NCBI GenBank assembly: GCA_021731625.1
Contig: JAKFXC010000058.1
Location: 815 to 64,814 of the forward strand
Reading direction: 5' to 3'
Length of the DNA: 64,000 nt
Origin: Candidatus Omnitrophota bacterium
GTDB lineage: Bacteria > Omnitrophota > Gorgyraeia > Zapsychrales > Fredricksoniimonadaceae
Of this stretch, positions 40,693 to 51,400 are shown piece after piece. Position 1 is the stretch's first letter. Each line of letters begins with the position of its first letter. The notes beneath the pieces were generated by a model. That model was not told the DNA's origin and made no database searches. It saw only the letters and a list, made by a program, of their open reading frames with translations. The position numbers were made by a program, and so were the translations under genes.

Positions 40693-41948
40693 TGGTTAAA
40701 TTTTTTTCCAACAAAGACAATTGGCCGTTTTTGCGTTTCGGCCTGGCCCAACTGGTGTCCCAGTTCGGAGACCGGGTGCATCAAATGGCGTTGGTGGGTT
40801 TGATTGCCTCGCGTTATCCCGGCTCTTCCTTCGAACTTGCCAAACTCCTGGCTTTTACCATCATCCCGGTTTTTATCATCGGGCCCATCGCCGGGGTGTA
40901 TGTCGACCGCTGGGACCGCAAGCGCACGCTGTTTATCTGCGATTTTCTGCGCGGGTTGCTGGTCCTTTCCATTGCTTTTTATTTCATGGATCTATCGTCG
41001 CTGTGGCCGCTGTACGGCATGGTGTTTTTGATTTTTACCTTAAGCCGTTTTTACGTGCCGGCCAAAATGTCTTTCATTCCCGAAATAGTCAAAGAGAAGG
41101 ATTTGCACATCGCGAACTCCTTAGTCACCGTCACCGGCATGGTGGCGCTGGTATTGGGCGCGCTCTTTGGCGGCATTTTGGTTGAGCATTTTGGCGCCCG
41201 CGGCGGTTTTGTTTGGGACGCGCTGACATTTTTTTTGTCCGGGATCTTGGTGTTTACCGTATTTACCACTTCTAAAACTTGGACCCTTAACCACACAAGG
41301 CTTTTGCGCACCAGCCGGGAAATGATGCAGACCCAGAAAAACATCTGGAGAGAGATCCTCGACGGCATCCATTACATCGGCAACCAAAGGCAAATCTTAT
41401 CTACGTTTGTTATGATGTCAGTGCTGTTTGCCGCGGCCGGGGCCGTGTATGTGGTCATCATTGTTTTTATCCAGCAGTCTTTTAACAGCGTGACCAAAGA
41501 TTTGGGCTTTCTGGCTGTGCCGCTGGGCGCGGGCTTGTTTTTAGGCAGTTTGAGTTACGGCAAGTGGGGAGGACGGCTTTCCAAATGGCACGCTATGTGC
41601 TGGGCCTTGGTCTTAGGCGGGATCATGGTGGCGGTCTTTGCCGCGACGGTGCACGCCACGCACGACCGTTCGCTGGCCGCGATCATGGCGTTTGCCTTAG
41701 GGTTTGTGGTCGGCCCGACGGTCATTGCCGCCAACACCGTCATCCACACCGTTTGCGTCGAGGAAATGCGCGGCAAGGTTTTTAGCGCCTTGGAGTTTGT
41801 CATGCATTTGGCGTTCTTGCTGGCCATGCTCATCAGCGCTTACGCGGCGGAAAAAGTCAACCGCGTCTGGATTTTGATAACGGTGGGTGTTATATTTTTG
41901 ATTGTGGGCGCGATCGGGTTAACCATGAAACGAAAAGAGTTTAAATGA
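40692..41948 (+). CDS. MFS transporter
   Basis: QLVSQFGD, GVYVDRWDRKR motif A, ~12 TM segments. Confidence 0.92.
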   Translation: MVKFFSNKDNWPFLRFGLAQLVSQFGDRVHQMALVGLIASRYPGSSFELAKLLAFTIIPVFIIGPIAGVYVDRWDRKRTLFICDFLRGLLVLSIAFYFMDLSSLWPLYGMVFLIFTLSRFYVPAKMSFIPEIVKEKDLHIANSLVTVTGMVALVLGALFGGILVEHFGARGGFVWDALTFFLSGILVFTVFTTSKTWTLNHTRLLRTSREMMQTQKNIWREILDGIHYIGNQRQILSTFVMMSVLFAAAGAVYVVIIVFIQQSFNSVTKDLGFLAVPLGAGLFLGSLSYGKWGGRLSKWHAMCWALVLGGIMVAVFAATVHATHDRSLAAIMAFALGFVVGPTVIAANTVIHTVCVEEMRGKVFSALEFVMHLAFLLAMLISAYAAEKVNRVWILITVGVIFLIVGAIGLTMKRKEFK

Positions 41949-42520
41949 AATTTGCGGTGTTTGCTTCCGGGTATGGTGGGAACTTGCAGGCCTTAATCGA
42001 TGCGGTCAAGCGCAAGAAACTCAAGGCCCAGCTGGCGTTTGTTTTTAGCGACAAACCCGAGAGCATGGCCTTGACGCGGGCCCGCAAAGCTAAAATTCCA
42101 TCGCTGTTCCTGGATCCCAAAGGCTATGCCGGCCGGGAAGAGTTTGACTGGGCCGTGCTTAAGAGTCTAAAAGAGCGGAGCATTGATTTTATCGTTTTGG
42201 CCGGATACATGCGCCTTTTAAGCAAAGACTTTATTGACGCTTACAAGAATAAAATTCTCAATATCCATCCGTCGCTGCTGCCGGCCTTTAAAGGCACCTC
42301 GGCCATCCGTGATGCTTTCGACTACGGCGTTAAAGTCACCGGTGTGACCGTGCATCTGGTGACTTTAGACATGGATTCAGGCCCCATCCTGGCCCAAAGC
42401 GCCGTGTCGGTCATGCCCAAAGACACCCGGGCCACCCTCGAGGCCAGGATACACAAGGCCGAGCATCTGCTTTATCCTAAAATCGTTGATTTATTTGCCC
42501 GGGGGAAATTACCCCATTAA
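41945..42520 (+). CDS. purN: Phosphoribosylglycinamide formyltransferase
   Basis: FASGYGGNLQA, LAGYMRLL, NIHPSLLPAFKG, MDSGPI. Confidence 0.97.
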   Translation: MKFAVFASGYGGNLQALIDAVKRKKLKAQLAFVFSDKPESMALTRARKAKIPSLFLDPKGYAGREEFDWAVLKSLKERSIDFIVLAGYMRLLSKDFIDAYKNKILNIHPSLLPAFKGTSAIRDAFDYGVKVTGVTVHLVTLDMDSGPILAQSAVSVMPKDTRATLEARIHKAEHLLYPKIVDLFARGKLPH

Positions 42521-43575
42521 TTGGCGGGTTCTGTGGTCTTTTCTTTGGCGTCGGTCTGAGCGGCGGGTTTTTCTTCCGGCATTAATTTCACATTGCCTTT
42601 GTCGAAGCGGATGCGGATCAATTTGCCTTGCGGCTTCGTGCGTTCCTCATCGACATCCTCACTGAAACTTTCCAGTTGGTTCTTCTCAAAGATGTACTTC
42701 ACATTTTGCCGAGGCGGGGACAGGGGCCGTAAGTTGTTCAGCTGCACCGTGGTAAAATCCTTGAAGTCATAATAGCGCAGGGTGTCGGCGATGATCCCCA
42801 CGATGGTGTTGTCAAAATCATTCGGCGGCTCGAAATCGCTGTGTTGGAACTTGAAATTGATGCGGTTGACGATCTGTTTGGCTAGAAAATCCGGCATCTC
42901 GACGTTGGTGTAGGTAATGTGGGTGCCCGTCTCGTCGCCAATAAAGTCCTGCCCGCCCTTGGTGTCGGCCAGAAATCTCTTCATATATTCTTCGTAAGGC
43001 AAATCTCCGGTCATATAGCGCTTAAAATCCTCCAGGTACAGCGTGGCCCGCATTTCAATGCCTTTTTTGATGTCGGTGATGATGATCACAAAAAACAACG
43101 GCTGGGTGCTGGCTTCCTTGACCTCGACGTTGAAAAATACGTCGCTGATGGCGGTGTACAAATTGTTTTGCTGTTTGACGTAGCTGTCGGTGTAGGAGCT
43201 GTTGTAGCCATAATCTTCTTTTTTGGCTTTGGTGCGGGGGACGATGTCGTATTCAAACAGGAAGCGGCCGGCTTTATAACTGCCGTCGGCAAACTGCACC
43301 GCAAATTTGGACGGCTTTTTATTGGCATCGGCGCTGTTGGCTTTTTGGGCCTCGTAGTCGAAGATGGGTTCCTGGGTGGGCAGGTAAATGTAGAGGGTGT
43401 GCCCGACCATGCGGGTTTTGACATGCATGTCAAACTCGTCGCGGCATTTTTTTTCGAATTTCTTCTGGGCCTCGGTCAGAGGGATCTTGGGCGCGGGCTT
43501 CTCCTGCGAGCAGCCGCCGGCGGCGAAAACACCGGCGAGCACCAGAAGAAGGACAGCGTGGGCAAATTTAGACAA
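42517..43575 (-). CDS. Hypothetical lipoprotein
   Basis: Probable TTG start overlapping the ftsH-like stop; AGGC lipobox. Confidence 0.6.
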   Translation of the reverse strand: MSKFAHAVLLLVLAGVFAAGGCSQEKPAPKIPLTEAQKKFEKKCRDEFDMHVKTRMVGHTLYIYLPTQEPIFDYEAQKANSADANKKPSKFAVQFADGSYKAGRFLFEYDIVPRTKAKKEDYGYNSSYTDSYVKQQNNLYTAISDVFFNVEVKEASTQPLFFVIIITDIKKGIEMRATLYLEDFKRYMTGDLPYEEYMKRFLADTKGGQDFIGDETGTHITYTNVEMPDFLAKQIVNRINFKFQHSDFEPPNDFDNTIVGIIADTLRYYDFKDFTTVQLNNLRPLSPPRQNVKYIFEKNQLESFSEDVDEERTKPQGKLIRIRFDKGNVKLMPEEKPAAQTDAKEKTTEPAN

Positions 43576-45259
43576 TCGGAGGCCGGGTAAGGGGTTTGAG
43601 TCCGAATTTTTGGAAAATCGCTTCAATTTCATCATATTCCAATTCTTCTTTTTTAAATAATTCCTGGGCAAAATAATCCAAGAGTTCTCTTTGTTCCAGG
43701 AGGATTTTTTCCACGTCCTTAATGCAGACCTGCAGGATTTGCTGCACGTCCTTGTCCAAAAGCTCTTTGGTCTTCTCCGAGATGGGTTGGTCGCCGTACC
43801 AGCGGCTGCCGGAATAGTAAAGGAAATCGCCGATCAAACCGGATTCGCCCATGCCGTAACTGCGCACCATGTAACTGGCCACCCGGATGGCGGTAAAGAA
43901 ATCAGCCCCCGGTCCGCCGCCAACACCGGCGGAGGTGAAGCCGAATTTGATCCGTTCGGCCACATAGGCGGCTACGCTGAGCTTAATGTCGGCCATCAGA
44001 TCGTCACGGGTCGAGGAATACCATTCTTCCTGCGGCCGGTGCGCGACCATGCCCAGCATGCCTTTGCGGGGGATGATGGTGGCTTTGATGACGTCGTCGG
44101 TGGGGTGCAGCAAATAGCCGATGATGGCATGGCCGGCTTCGTGGTACGCGGTCCACAGCCGTTCCTTTTCATTCATTTTGATGTTGGACTTCATGCCGAA
44201 GGCAATGCGGTCGTAAGCCTCGGAGAGGTCTTTCATGCTGATCTCATCGCGGCTGGCGCGCAGGGCAATCAAACTGGCTTCGCGCACCATGTAGTCAATG
44301 TCCGCCGGCGAGAACCACAGGGTCCGGCGGGCCAGCACGGAAGAATTCACCCCATCCGGGACGGTCTTAATTTTTTTGAGGTAAAAATCAAAAAGGTCTT
44401 TGCGTTCTTTCAAGTTGGGGCGGGAGACGTAAATTTTGCGCTCAAAACGGCCGGCCCGCATGATGGCCTCGTCCATGTCCTTCTCATCGACGTTGGTGGC
44501 GGCAATGACGATGATATTGTTCTCAGCTTTCCGCAAGCCGTCGAGTTCGGTCAAAAATTGGTTGATGGTGGCGTTGTTGCTGGTGGTGCCGCCAAAGCCC
44601 ATGTCCGCGGCCCGCGGCCGGGCAAAGGAATCGATTTCGTCGATGAAAATGATGCAGCCGCCTTCCAAACTGGCTAAGGCCCGGGCTTGTTTAAAGAGGG
44701 ACTTCATGCGCGCGGCGCCTTGGCCCACGAACATACCGACGAACTCCGAACCGACCGAGGAGAGGAACGGTAGGCCAGCCTCGGTGGCGATGGCCTTGGC
44801 CAAATAGGTCTTGCCGCATCCCGGGGGGCCGATCATGATGGTGCCCTTAACGATCTTGCCGCCGATTGCTTTGATCATGGTGCGGTCTTTGAGCAATTTG
44901 ACCAATTCCCAGGCCTCGCGTTTGGGTTCATCCATGCCGATAACTTCATCCATCTTGACATTGACTTTGATTTTCTTTAAGTCCAGGGTGCCCATTTTGC
45001 CGACGGCGCCGCCGGACATCAGCCAATAATAAAACCCGAAGGAAAGCGGGACCTGGATCAAGGTGACAAAGATAAACATGATGAGACTTTGCCCCATTTG
45101 GGCAGAGATATTGCGGCGAGAGAACGATTCCAATTGCTCGTAGTTGGCGTTGCCGATAATCATGAAGCTGATCATCCAGCCGACCATCACCACTGAAATC
45201 GAAATTAGGATGAGGCGGATCCAATACAACCTTATGAAAACAATCAATTTACGAAACAT
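43568..45259 (-). CDS. FtsH-like AAA+ zinc metalloprotease
   Basis: Two N-terminal TMs, GPPGCGKT, IFIDEID, RAGRFERK, AYHEAGH. Confidence 0.92.
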   Translation of the reverse strand: MFRKLIVFIRLYWIRLILISISVVMVGWMISFMIIGNANYEQLESFSRRNISAQMGQSLIMFIFVTLIQVPLSFGFYYWLMSGGAVGKMGTLDLKKIKVNVKMDEVIGMDEPKREAWELVKLLKDRTMIKAIGGKIVKGTIMIGPPGCGKTYLAKAIATEAGLPFLSSVGSEFVGMFVGQGAARMKSLFKQARALASLEGGCIIFIDEIDSFARPRAADMGFGGTTSNNATINQFLTELDGLRKAENNIIVIAATNVDEKDMDEAIMRAGRFERKIYVSRPNLKERKDLFDFYLKKIKTVPDGVNSSVLARRTLWFSPADIDYMVREASLIALRASRDEISMKDLSEAYDRIAFGMKSNIKMNEKERLWTAYHEAGHAIIGYLLHPTDDVIKATIIPRKGMLGMVAHRPQEEWYSSTRDDLMADIKLSVAAYVAERIKFGFTSAGVGGGPGADFFTAIRVASYMVRSYGMGESGLIGDFLYYSGSRWYGDQPISEKTKELLDKDVQQILQVCIKDVEKILLEQRELLDYFAQELFKKEELEYDEIEAIFQKFGLKPLTRPPIV

Positions 45260-45385
45260 AACCGTCCTTTGGTTAAAGCCATTATTCTATAGAAGAAAGG
45301 TAACATAGGCAAACGCAATAGTCAAATGCCCTGGCATAATCTTGACGCTCCCGGCAAACTATGTTATCTTACCGCTCTACATTAA

Positions 45386-46681
<1,296 letters not shown>

Positions 46682-46691
46682 GAGATCACAA

Positions 46692-47204
46692 ATGAGAAAC
46701 GCCATTTGGCTGTTTATCCTGACGGTCGGCATTTTGGCGGTGTTTATCCCGTCGTACAGCAAGATGCAGGATTTGCGGGCCAAGAACAATGAGTACGCCC
46801 AGCGCATTGAATCGCTGCGGAAGCGCAATGTGTTCCTGGAGCAGGAGCGTTACCTTCTGAAAACCGATCCCTTTTATTTGGAGAAAGTTGCGCGCCAGAA
46901 AATGGGCTTGATCCGGGATGGCGAGAAGGTGTATCACATGGTGCCGGAGGGGACGGTGGTAGCGAATGTCCCGGTGCCTGCGGTTCCGATGGTCCCGGGG
47001 GCGATGACAGCACCAAAGCCGGCTGTTGTGGCGGCTCCTGTACCGGCTGCCCCGGTGAAGAAAGTAACAGCGACCAAGACTCCTGCCACTAAAACAGTTG
47101 TGAAGAAGCAGAAGACCAAGAAAGCCCGGCCTGAGCGAAAGCCAAAGTCAAAGCCGAAACCAAAACCAAAACCAAAACCAAAACCAAAAGTCGCCACATC
47201 ATAG
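46692..47204 (+). CDS. ftsB: Septum formation initiator (FtsB/DivIC) with Pro/Lys-rich tail
   Basis: TM + coiled coil + LEKVARQKMGL..GE; follows eno. Confidence 0.75.
   Translation: MRNAIWLFILTVGILAVFIPSYSKMQDLRAKNNEYAQRIESLRKRNVFLEQERYLLKTDPFYLEKVARQKMGLIRDGEKVYHMVPEGTVVANVPVPAVPMVPGAMTAPKPAVVAAPVPAAPVKKVTATKTPATKTVVKKQKTKKARPERKPKSKPKPKPKPKPKPKVATS
47139..47189 (+). repeat. Hexamer AAACCA-type tandem repeat encoding (KP)n
   Basis: aaaccaaaaccaaaacc... within the ftsB 3' end. Confidence 0.8.
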
Positions 47205-47283
47205 ATTTCCGTTGCGGATTTTGGGCTTTATGTCATACTAATTGCCTGGAATTTCAAGAGGGCGGTTAATTTAAGAAGATATA

Positions 47284-47329
47284 GCGGGGCAGCCAAAAAT
47301 GCTTTTTATTTTTGGCAGTCCCGCGTTTT
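47284..47329 (+). terminator. Stem-loop followed by T-run downstream of ftsB
   Basis: GCGGGGC-A-GCCAAAAAT...ATTTTTGGC-A-GTCCCGC then GTTTT. Confidence 0.5.
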
Positions 47330-47360
47330 CTACAAAGGTTTATAGAACAACAAGAGATAA

Positions 47361-47664
47361 CGCGGGGTGGAGCAGCCCGGTAGCTCGCTAGGCTCAATAT
47401 GGGCGACCGATTGAGAAATCAATCGGCAGATGACCTGTCAAATTCGGGGGAGCCCGCAAAGGTAATCCCGAGCCAAGTCCGCCGAAGTTCCGATTTATCG
47501 GAACGAAGGTGGAAAGGTGTAGAGACTAGATGGCAGGTACCCGACCTGAAAAGGTGGGTAAAGGTATAGTCCAGACCACAAATCTCGTCGGAAAATGAGA
47601 GCGGCGAAAGCCGTAGCTGGTACGCATAACCTAGAGGTCGCAGGTTCAAATCCTGTCCCCGCAA
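47361..47664 (+). tRNA. Initiator tRNA-Met(CAT) split by a group I intron (exons 47361-47394 and 47625-47664)
   Basis: CGCGGGGTGGAGCAGCCCGGTAGCTCGCTAGGCT | CATAACCTAGAGGTCGCAGGTTCAAATCCTGTCCCCGCAA; C1-A72 mismatch of initiator tRNAs. Confidence 0.95.
47395..47624 (+). ncRNA. Group I self-splicing intron (230 nt, no ORF)
   Basis: Follows U33 with a U-G pair in P1 (GCTCA/TGGGC); P2 CCGATTGA-GAAA-TCAATCGG; P3 ACCTGTCA/TGGCAGGT; AGAGACTA and TATAGTCC (P7); P9 CGGC-GAAA-GCCG; ends in G. Confidence 0.93.
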
Positions 47665-47676
47665 CCCGTGCAGATT

Positions 47677-47707
47677 AGGACGTTGTCCGAAAGGATAGCG
47701 TCCTTTT
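47677..47707 (+). terminator. Intrinsic terminator after tRNA-fMet
   Basis: AGGACGTTGTCC-GAAA-GGATAGCGTCCT-TTT. Confidence 0.75.
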
Positions 47708-47876
47708 CTGTTTACTGGGTATTTAGTGTTTTAAATTTGACTTTATAAAATAAATATGCAAAATAATTAAAGAAGCATTTCTCTCGTTCCACTCCCGCCG
47801 CTTCTACTCCGTGTCTTTCTTTGTAAATCCTTTTGATGCGACATAACCTTGATAGTATCGTGATTGATTTTTTGGA

Positions 47877-48338
47877 ATGGATACAAAACTCAAAGCTGAT
47901 ATAGCTGAATCAGCAGTAACTACTGAACTATTAAGCAGAGGGTTTAATGTTCTTAAGCCCATTGGTGATCGACTATGTTACGATCTAGCTATTGACATAA
48001 AAGGAAAATTAACGCGTATTCAAGTTAAACATGCTTGGTTCAATTATCGAGATAAAGCATATTTGGTAGATGTTAGAAGAACAAATACTAATAGACGACG
48101 GATGCTAAGAAAAAGATATTGCAATGAAGATTTTGAATTTGCAATTATTTATTTAGACGCCAAGGTTTATTATGTCATGCCCGCATGTATTTTTAATTCT
48201 TTTGGCAGCAACATTTCTTTTGTGGAAGATTCAAAAAGACAAAGACTTCCAAAATCTGTCAATTATCGCGAAAGATGGGATTTATTGAGTGAGTCAGTTT
48301 TTAATGTTACGGAAGGACCATGCCGCACACATGGATAA
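47877..48338 (+). CDS. I-Ssp6803I-like (group I intron-associated) PD-(D/E)XK endonuclease, free-standing
   Basis: TKLKADIAE, VLKPIGDRLCYDL, IQVK, RRTNTNRR, DFEFA, KRQR, YRERW motifs recalled from I-Ssp6803I; same ~150-aa length. Confidence 0.85.
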   Translation: MDTKLKADIAESAVTTELLSRGFNVLKPIGDRLCYDLAIDIKGKLTRIQVKHAWFNYRDKAYLVDVRRTNTNRRRMLRKRYCNEDFEFAIIYLDAKVYYVMPACIFNSFGSNISFVEDSKRQRLPKSVNYRERWDLLSESVFNVTEGPCRTHG

Positions 48339-48365
48339 CAGTTTGTACCGGAGACGTGGGTGACA
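48328..48365. mobile_element. Possible degenerate IS481-like terminal sequence
   Basis: Minus strand TGTCACCCACGTC-N12-TGTTATCCATGTG, a doubled motif resembling IS481-family ends; no transposase nearby. Confidence 0.35.
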
Positions 48366-48469
48366 CAATCTCCGGTGCGATGAACGAGGCCGCCCAGACC
48401 CAGCCAAATGGCGGGGTCTTCTAAGAGCCGCACATAGCCCCACATAGCCTTGAATAGCATCTAAATATA

Positions 48470-51400
48470 GTGCATACTCTATACTGTATCCGTAAACTCA
48501 TCACACGTATGCGCACTGACTTTAAAAGCCTCCTTTTTTCCAGAACCCTATGCCTTGGATTATGCCTTTTAATAGCCATAGGCCAAGGGCCGGTCTATGC
48601 CCAGACTTTGTTTATCAACAGTCTGCCTCCCCCGGGGGACATGCTATCTTTGTCAGCAGACTTTACGCCTGTGGTACTTAGAGGTGTGGTGGTTCATCCT
48701 GACAAACCGTTGAATTTTGATTTCGTTATCGACGCGGGTAATCATACGACTGATCCAAAGATTCTCAGGACCGAAGGCGAGCGCATGGTTAAGTATTTTT
48801 TGGCGGCGTTAACCGTACCCTCCAAGGATTTATGGGTCAACTTATCACCTTATGAGCATGAGCGCATTATTTCTAAGGAGCTTGGTGACACTGAGCTTGG
48901 TCGAGACATGTTGGCGCAGGATTATGTGCTTAAGCAGCTGACCGCCTCGCTTATTTATCCTGAGAGAGGTTTGGGTAAGAAGTTTTGGGACAAGGTATAT
49001 GATCAGGCAAGAACAAGGTATGGCGTCACCAATATTCCCATGCAAACATTTAACAAAGTTTGGATTACTCCAGCCTCCGCTGAGATCTATGAAAAAGATA
49101 ATACGGTCTATGTGACTAAGGCAAGGCTCAAGGTCAAGTTGGATGAGGATTTCCGGTCGTTGACAAGAAATAAAATAAACACAACAGGAGCTCACGCTTT
49201 AACTCCCCAAGTCTTAAGACAAGTTATCATTCCCGCTCTTGAAAAAGAAGTCAACGAGGGAAAGAATTTCGCCTCGTTGCGTCAGATTTACCATGCCACT
49301 ATTTTGGCCAAATGGTATCGTCAAGCCATCACAAAATCCCTGCTTTCTCGTTTTTATATCGACAAGAATAAGATCAAGGGCATTGACCTCGATGATAAGA
49401 CGATCAAGGAGCAAATTTACGAACGTTATATAAGGGCTTATAAAAAAGGGGTCTTTAATTATATTAAAGAAACTCCCATGCCCAATGGCCAACTGGCACC
49501 AAGAAAATATTTTTCAGGCGGAATCTCTCAACTTGATCAAATTCCATTTGATCATGCACAAACAGTGGAGATTCCTACTCAACCTCATTTTGTTATGAAT
49601 GTGGAATTAGATGCACCTGCCATTGCAAACCCAGCCATGACCCCCGATCTTAATTTTGCTATGACTTCTTTTTGGGATGATTTCGCATTGGATCGACCCG
49701 TCGACTCGTTGGTCCAGGGAATTCTTTATATGGAGAGTCGGCTGATACCCGGTCCTCATTATGAAATGGAGTGGGGAATGCGGCAAAGGATCATCGACGC
49801 ACTTGGTATTTTGAATCAAAGGCTGAAAAAGAAAGGAGGGAAGAGAACAGTAGATTTTTTGAAGGCCCTTCTTCGGGAAAATAGTCCCGTTTATGAGAAG
49901 AACCCCGATGTCCAAGAAACGATCGGCCGTGTATTGGTGTTTCTCGACCAAGAGGCGGGAAAGCAAGTAACTGAGGACCATCGTTTATTGAAGGAGGCTC
50001 TGCAGATCATTTACCCTAACCTGCCCAAGAAGAGTATAGATCAGATCTACGGCAATCTAGAACGCGAGGACAGTCAGGTTTCAGAGAACGATATGAAGAT
50101 ATATACTCTCTTTAAAAATCGGAAATCGGATTTGCTTTTACGTAATCAATTTGTTTTGGACAGAATTTTTTCTTTACCTGGTGAGGAATTGGAAAACTTA
50201 ATCAAAAATTTTAAGGAGATTGACAGTCTGTTTGCGCACAGCGGTCTTGTGGATCCTTTGGGAGAGTATGTGCAGCTGGCGTATTTAATGGAAATGATTT
50301 TGCCTGATGTTGCGGTCAACTATCTGAAAGGTTTATATTTCAAAAATGGTGGAATAAAGGTTGTGATGAGATTTTTGGACAGCAAGAGGTCCTTTTTGCT
50401 CAATGATGGAGCATGGATGGAACTTAGAAAGCTGCTGAGAAAGATGAAAGAACTTAACGGTAAAAGCCGAACCTATAAGCTGGATACGAATTTCTATAAA
50501 ATGTTGAATTTAGCTTCTGCATTTTTGGACCTGGGAGGACCGGAAAAATTAAGCGCTGCTTTAGAATCGGTTGTCCCTTCAAAGAATCAAATAGACGTAG
50601 CTAAACAAATGGAAAGTATACTGCTCAAACAAATGGCTGAATTTTTGAACATCACATCAATTTCTATAAAACCGAATATCCAGGAAAAACTCTACATGCC
50701 ATATTTGTCGAGGATCCGGGTTGCCCTAAAGTATATAAAGGATGAAAAACCTTGGAAGCTCGACAGATTTAAGGCTTTGATTAGAGCCACGTTAGAAGAT
50801 CGCTTTTGGAATTTTATTGAAGACGAGAGTCAATCTGATGAAGAAGGAGCAGAGATTGCCCAGCATAACAAAGGCGTCCGGAAGGCTTTAGCGAAGGTGG
50901 GTATCAATGTGGACCGTTGGCTGGGCAAACAATTGGAGTCCAGGTTACCGGAGGAGAGGTTTACCTTTGGCCAGAATTCATTTATCATCCGGCCTATATT
51001 CCGCAGACCTGGTTATGATGTCTTTCTAGGGGATTTTACAAATTGTTCGGTAGGTATGAGTTCCAATCAGTATCCGGACGGGATGATGGAAAGGCTCATC
51101 GATGAGGGACTCAATACAATTGAAGTTATTGATGAAAGCACACAGAAACCTACGGCTGCAGCTTGGTTATTTGTTGCCGAGGATGGGAGTGTTGTCATTC
51201 AAAATTTGGAAGCCAATACCAATTATGAAAGTGATCCATCGTTAAAGAATTATCTAGGTGAGCAAATGGTGGCTTATACGATGAAATTCGCGAATCATGT
51301 AGGTACGAACCTCCTCCTAATAGGAGATGCGGTACACGGAAAATACTGGGAACAACGTGGGAAAGCCGGGTTTGTCATTGACCATTACGGCAAGAACAAA

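Noticed and set aside
43691-44677. 328-aa plus-strand ORF
   Set aside because: Antisense shadow of the FtsH-like gene.
47139-47189. Tandem repeat as CRISPR or phase-variation tract
   Set aside because: In-frame hexamer coding (KP)n with no spacers; I saw no CRISPR array or cas gene anywhere in the window.
47419-47664. 81-aa minus ORF as a possible intron-encoded protein
   Set aside because: It is antisense to the tRNA and intron core (MRGQDLNLRPLGY is a tRNA-antisense artefact).
48263-48460. 65-aa minus ORF
   Set aside because: It overlaps the nuclease 3' end; the only notable part is the IS-end-like DNA, and there is no transposase domain.
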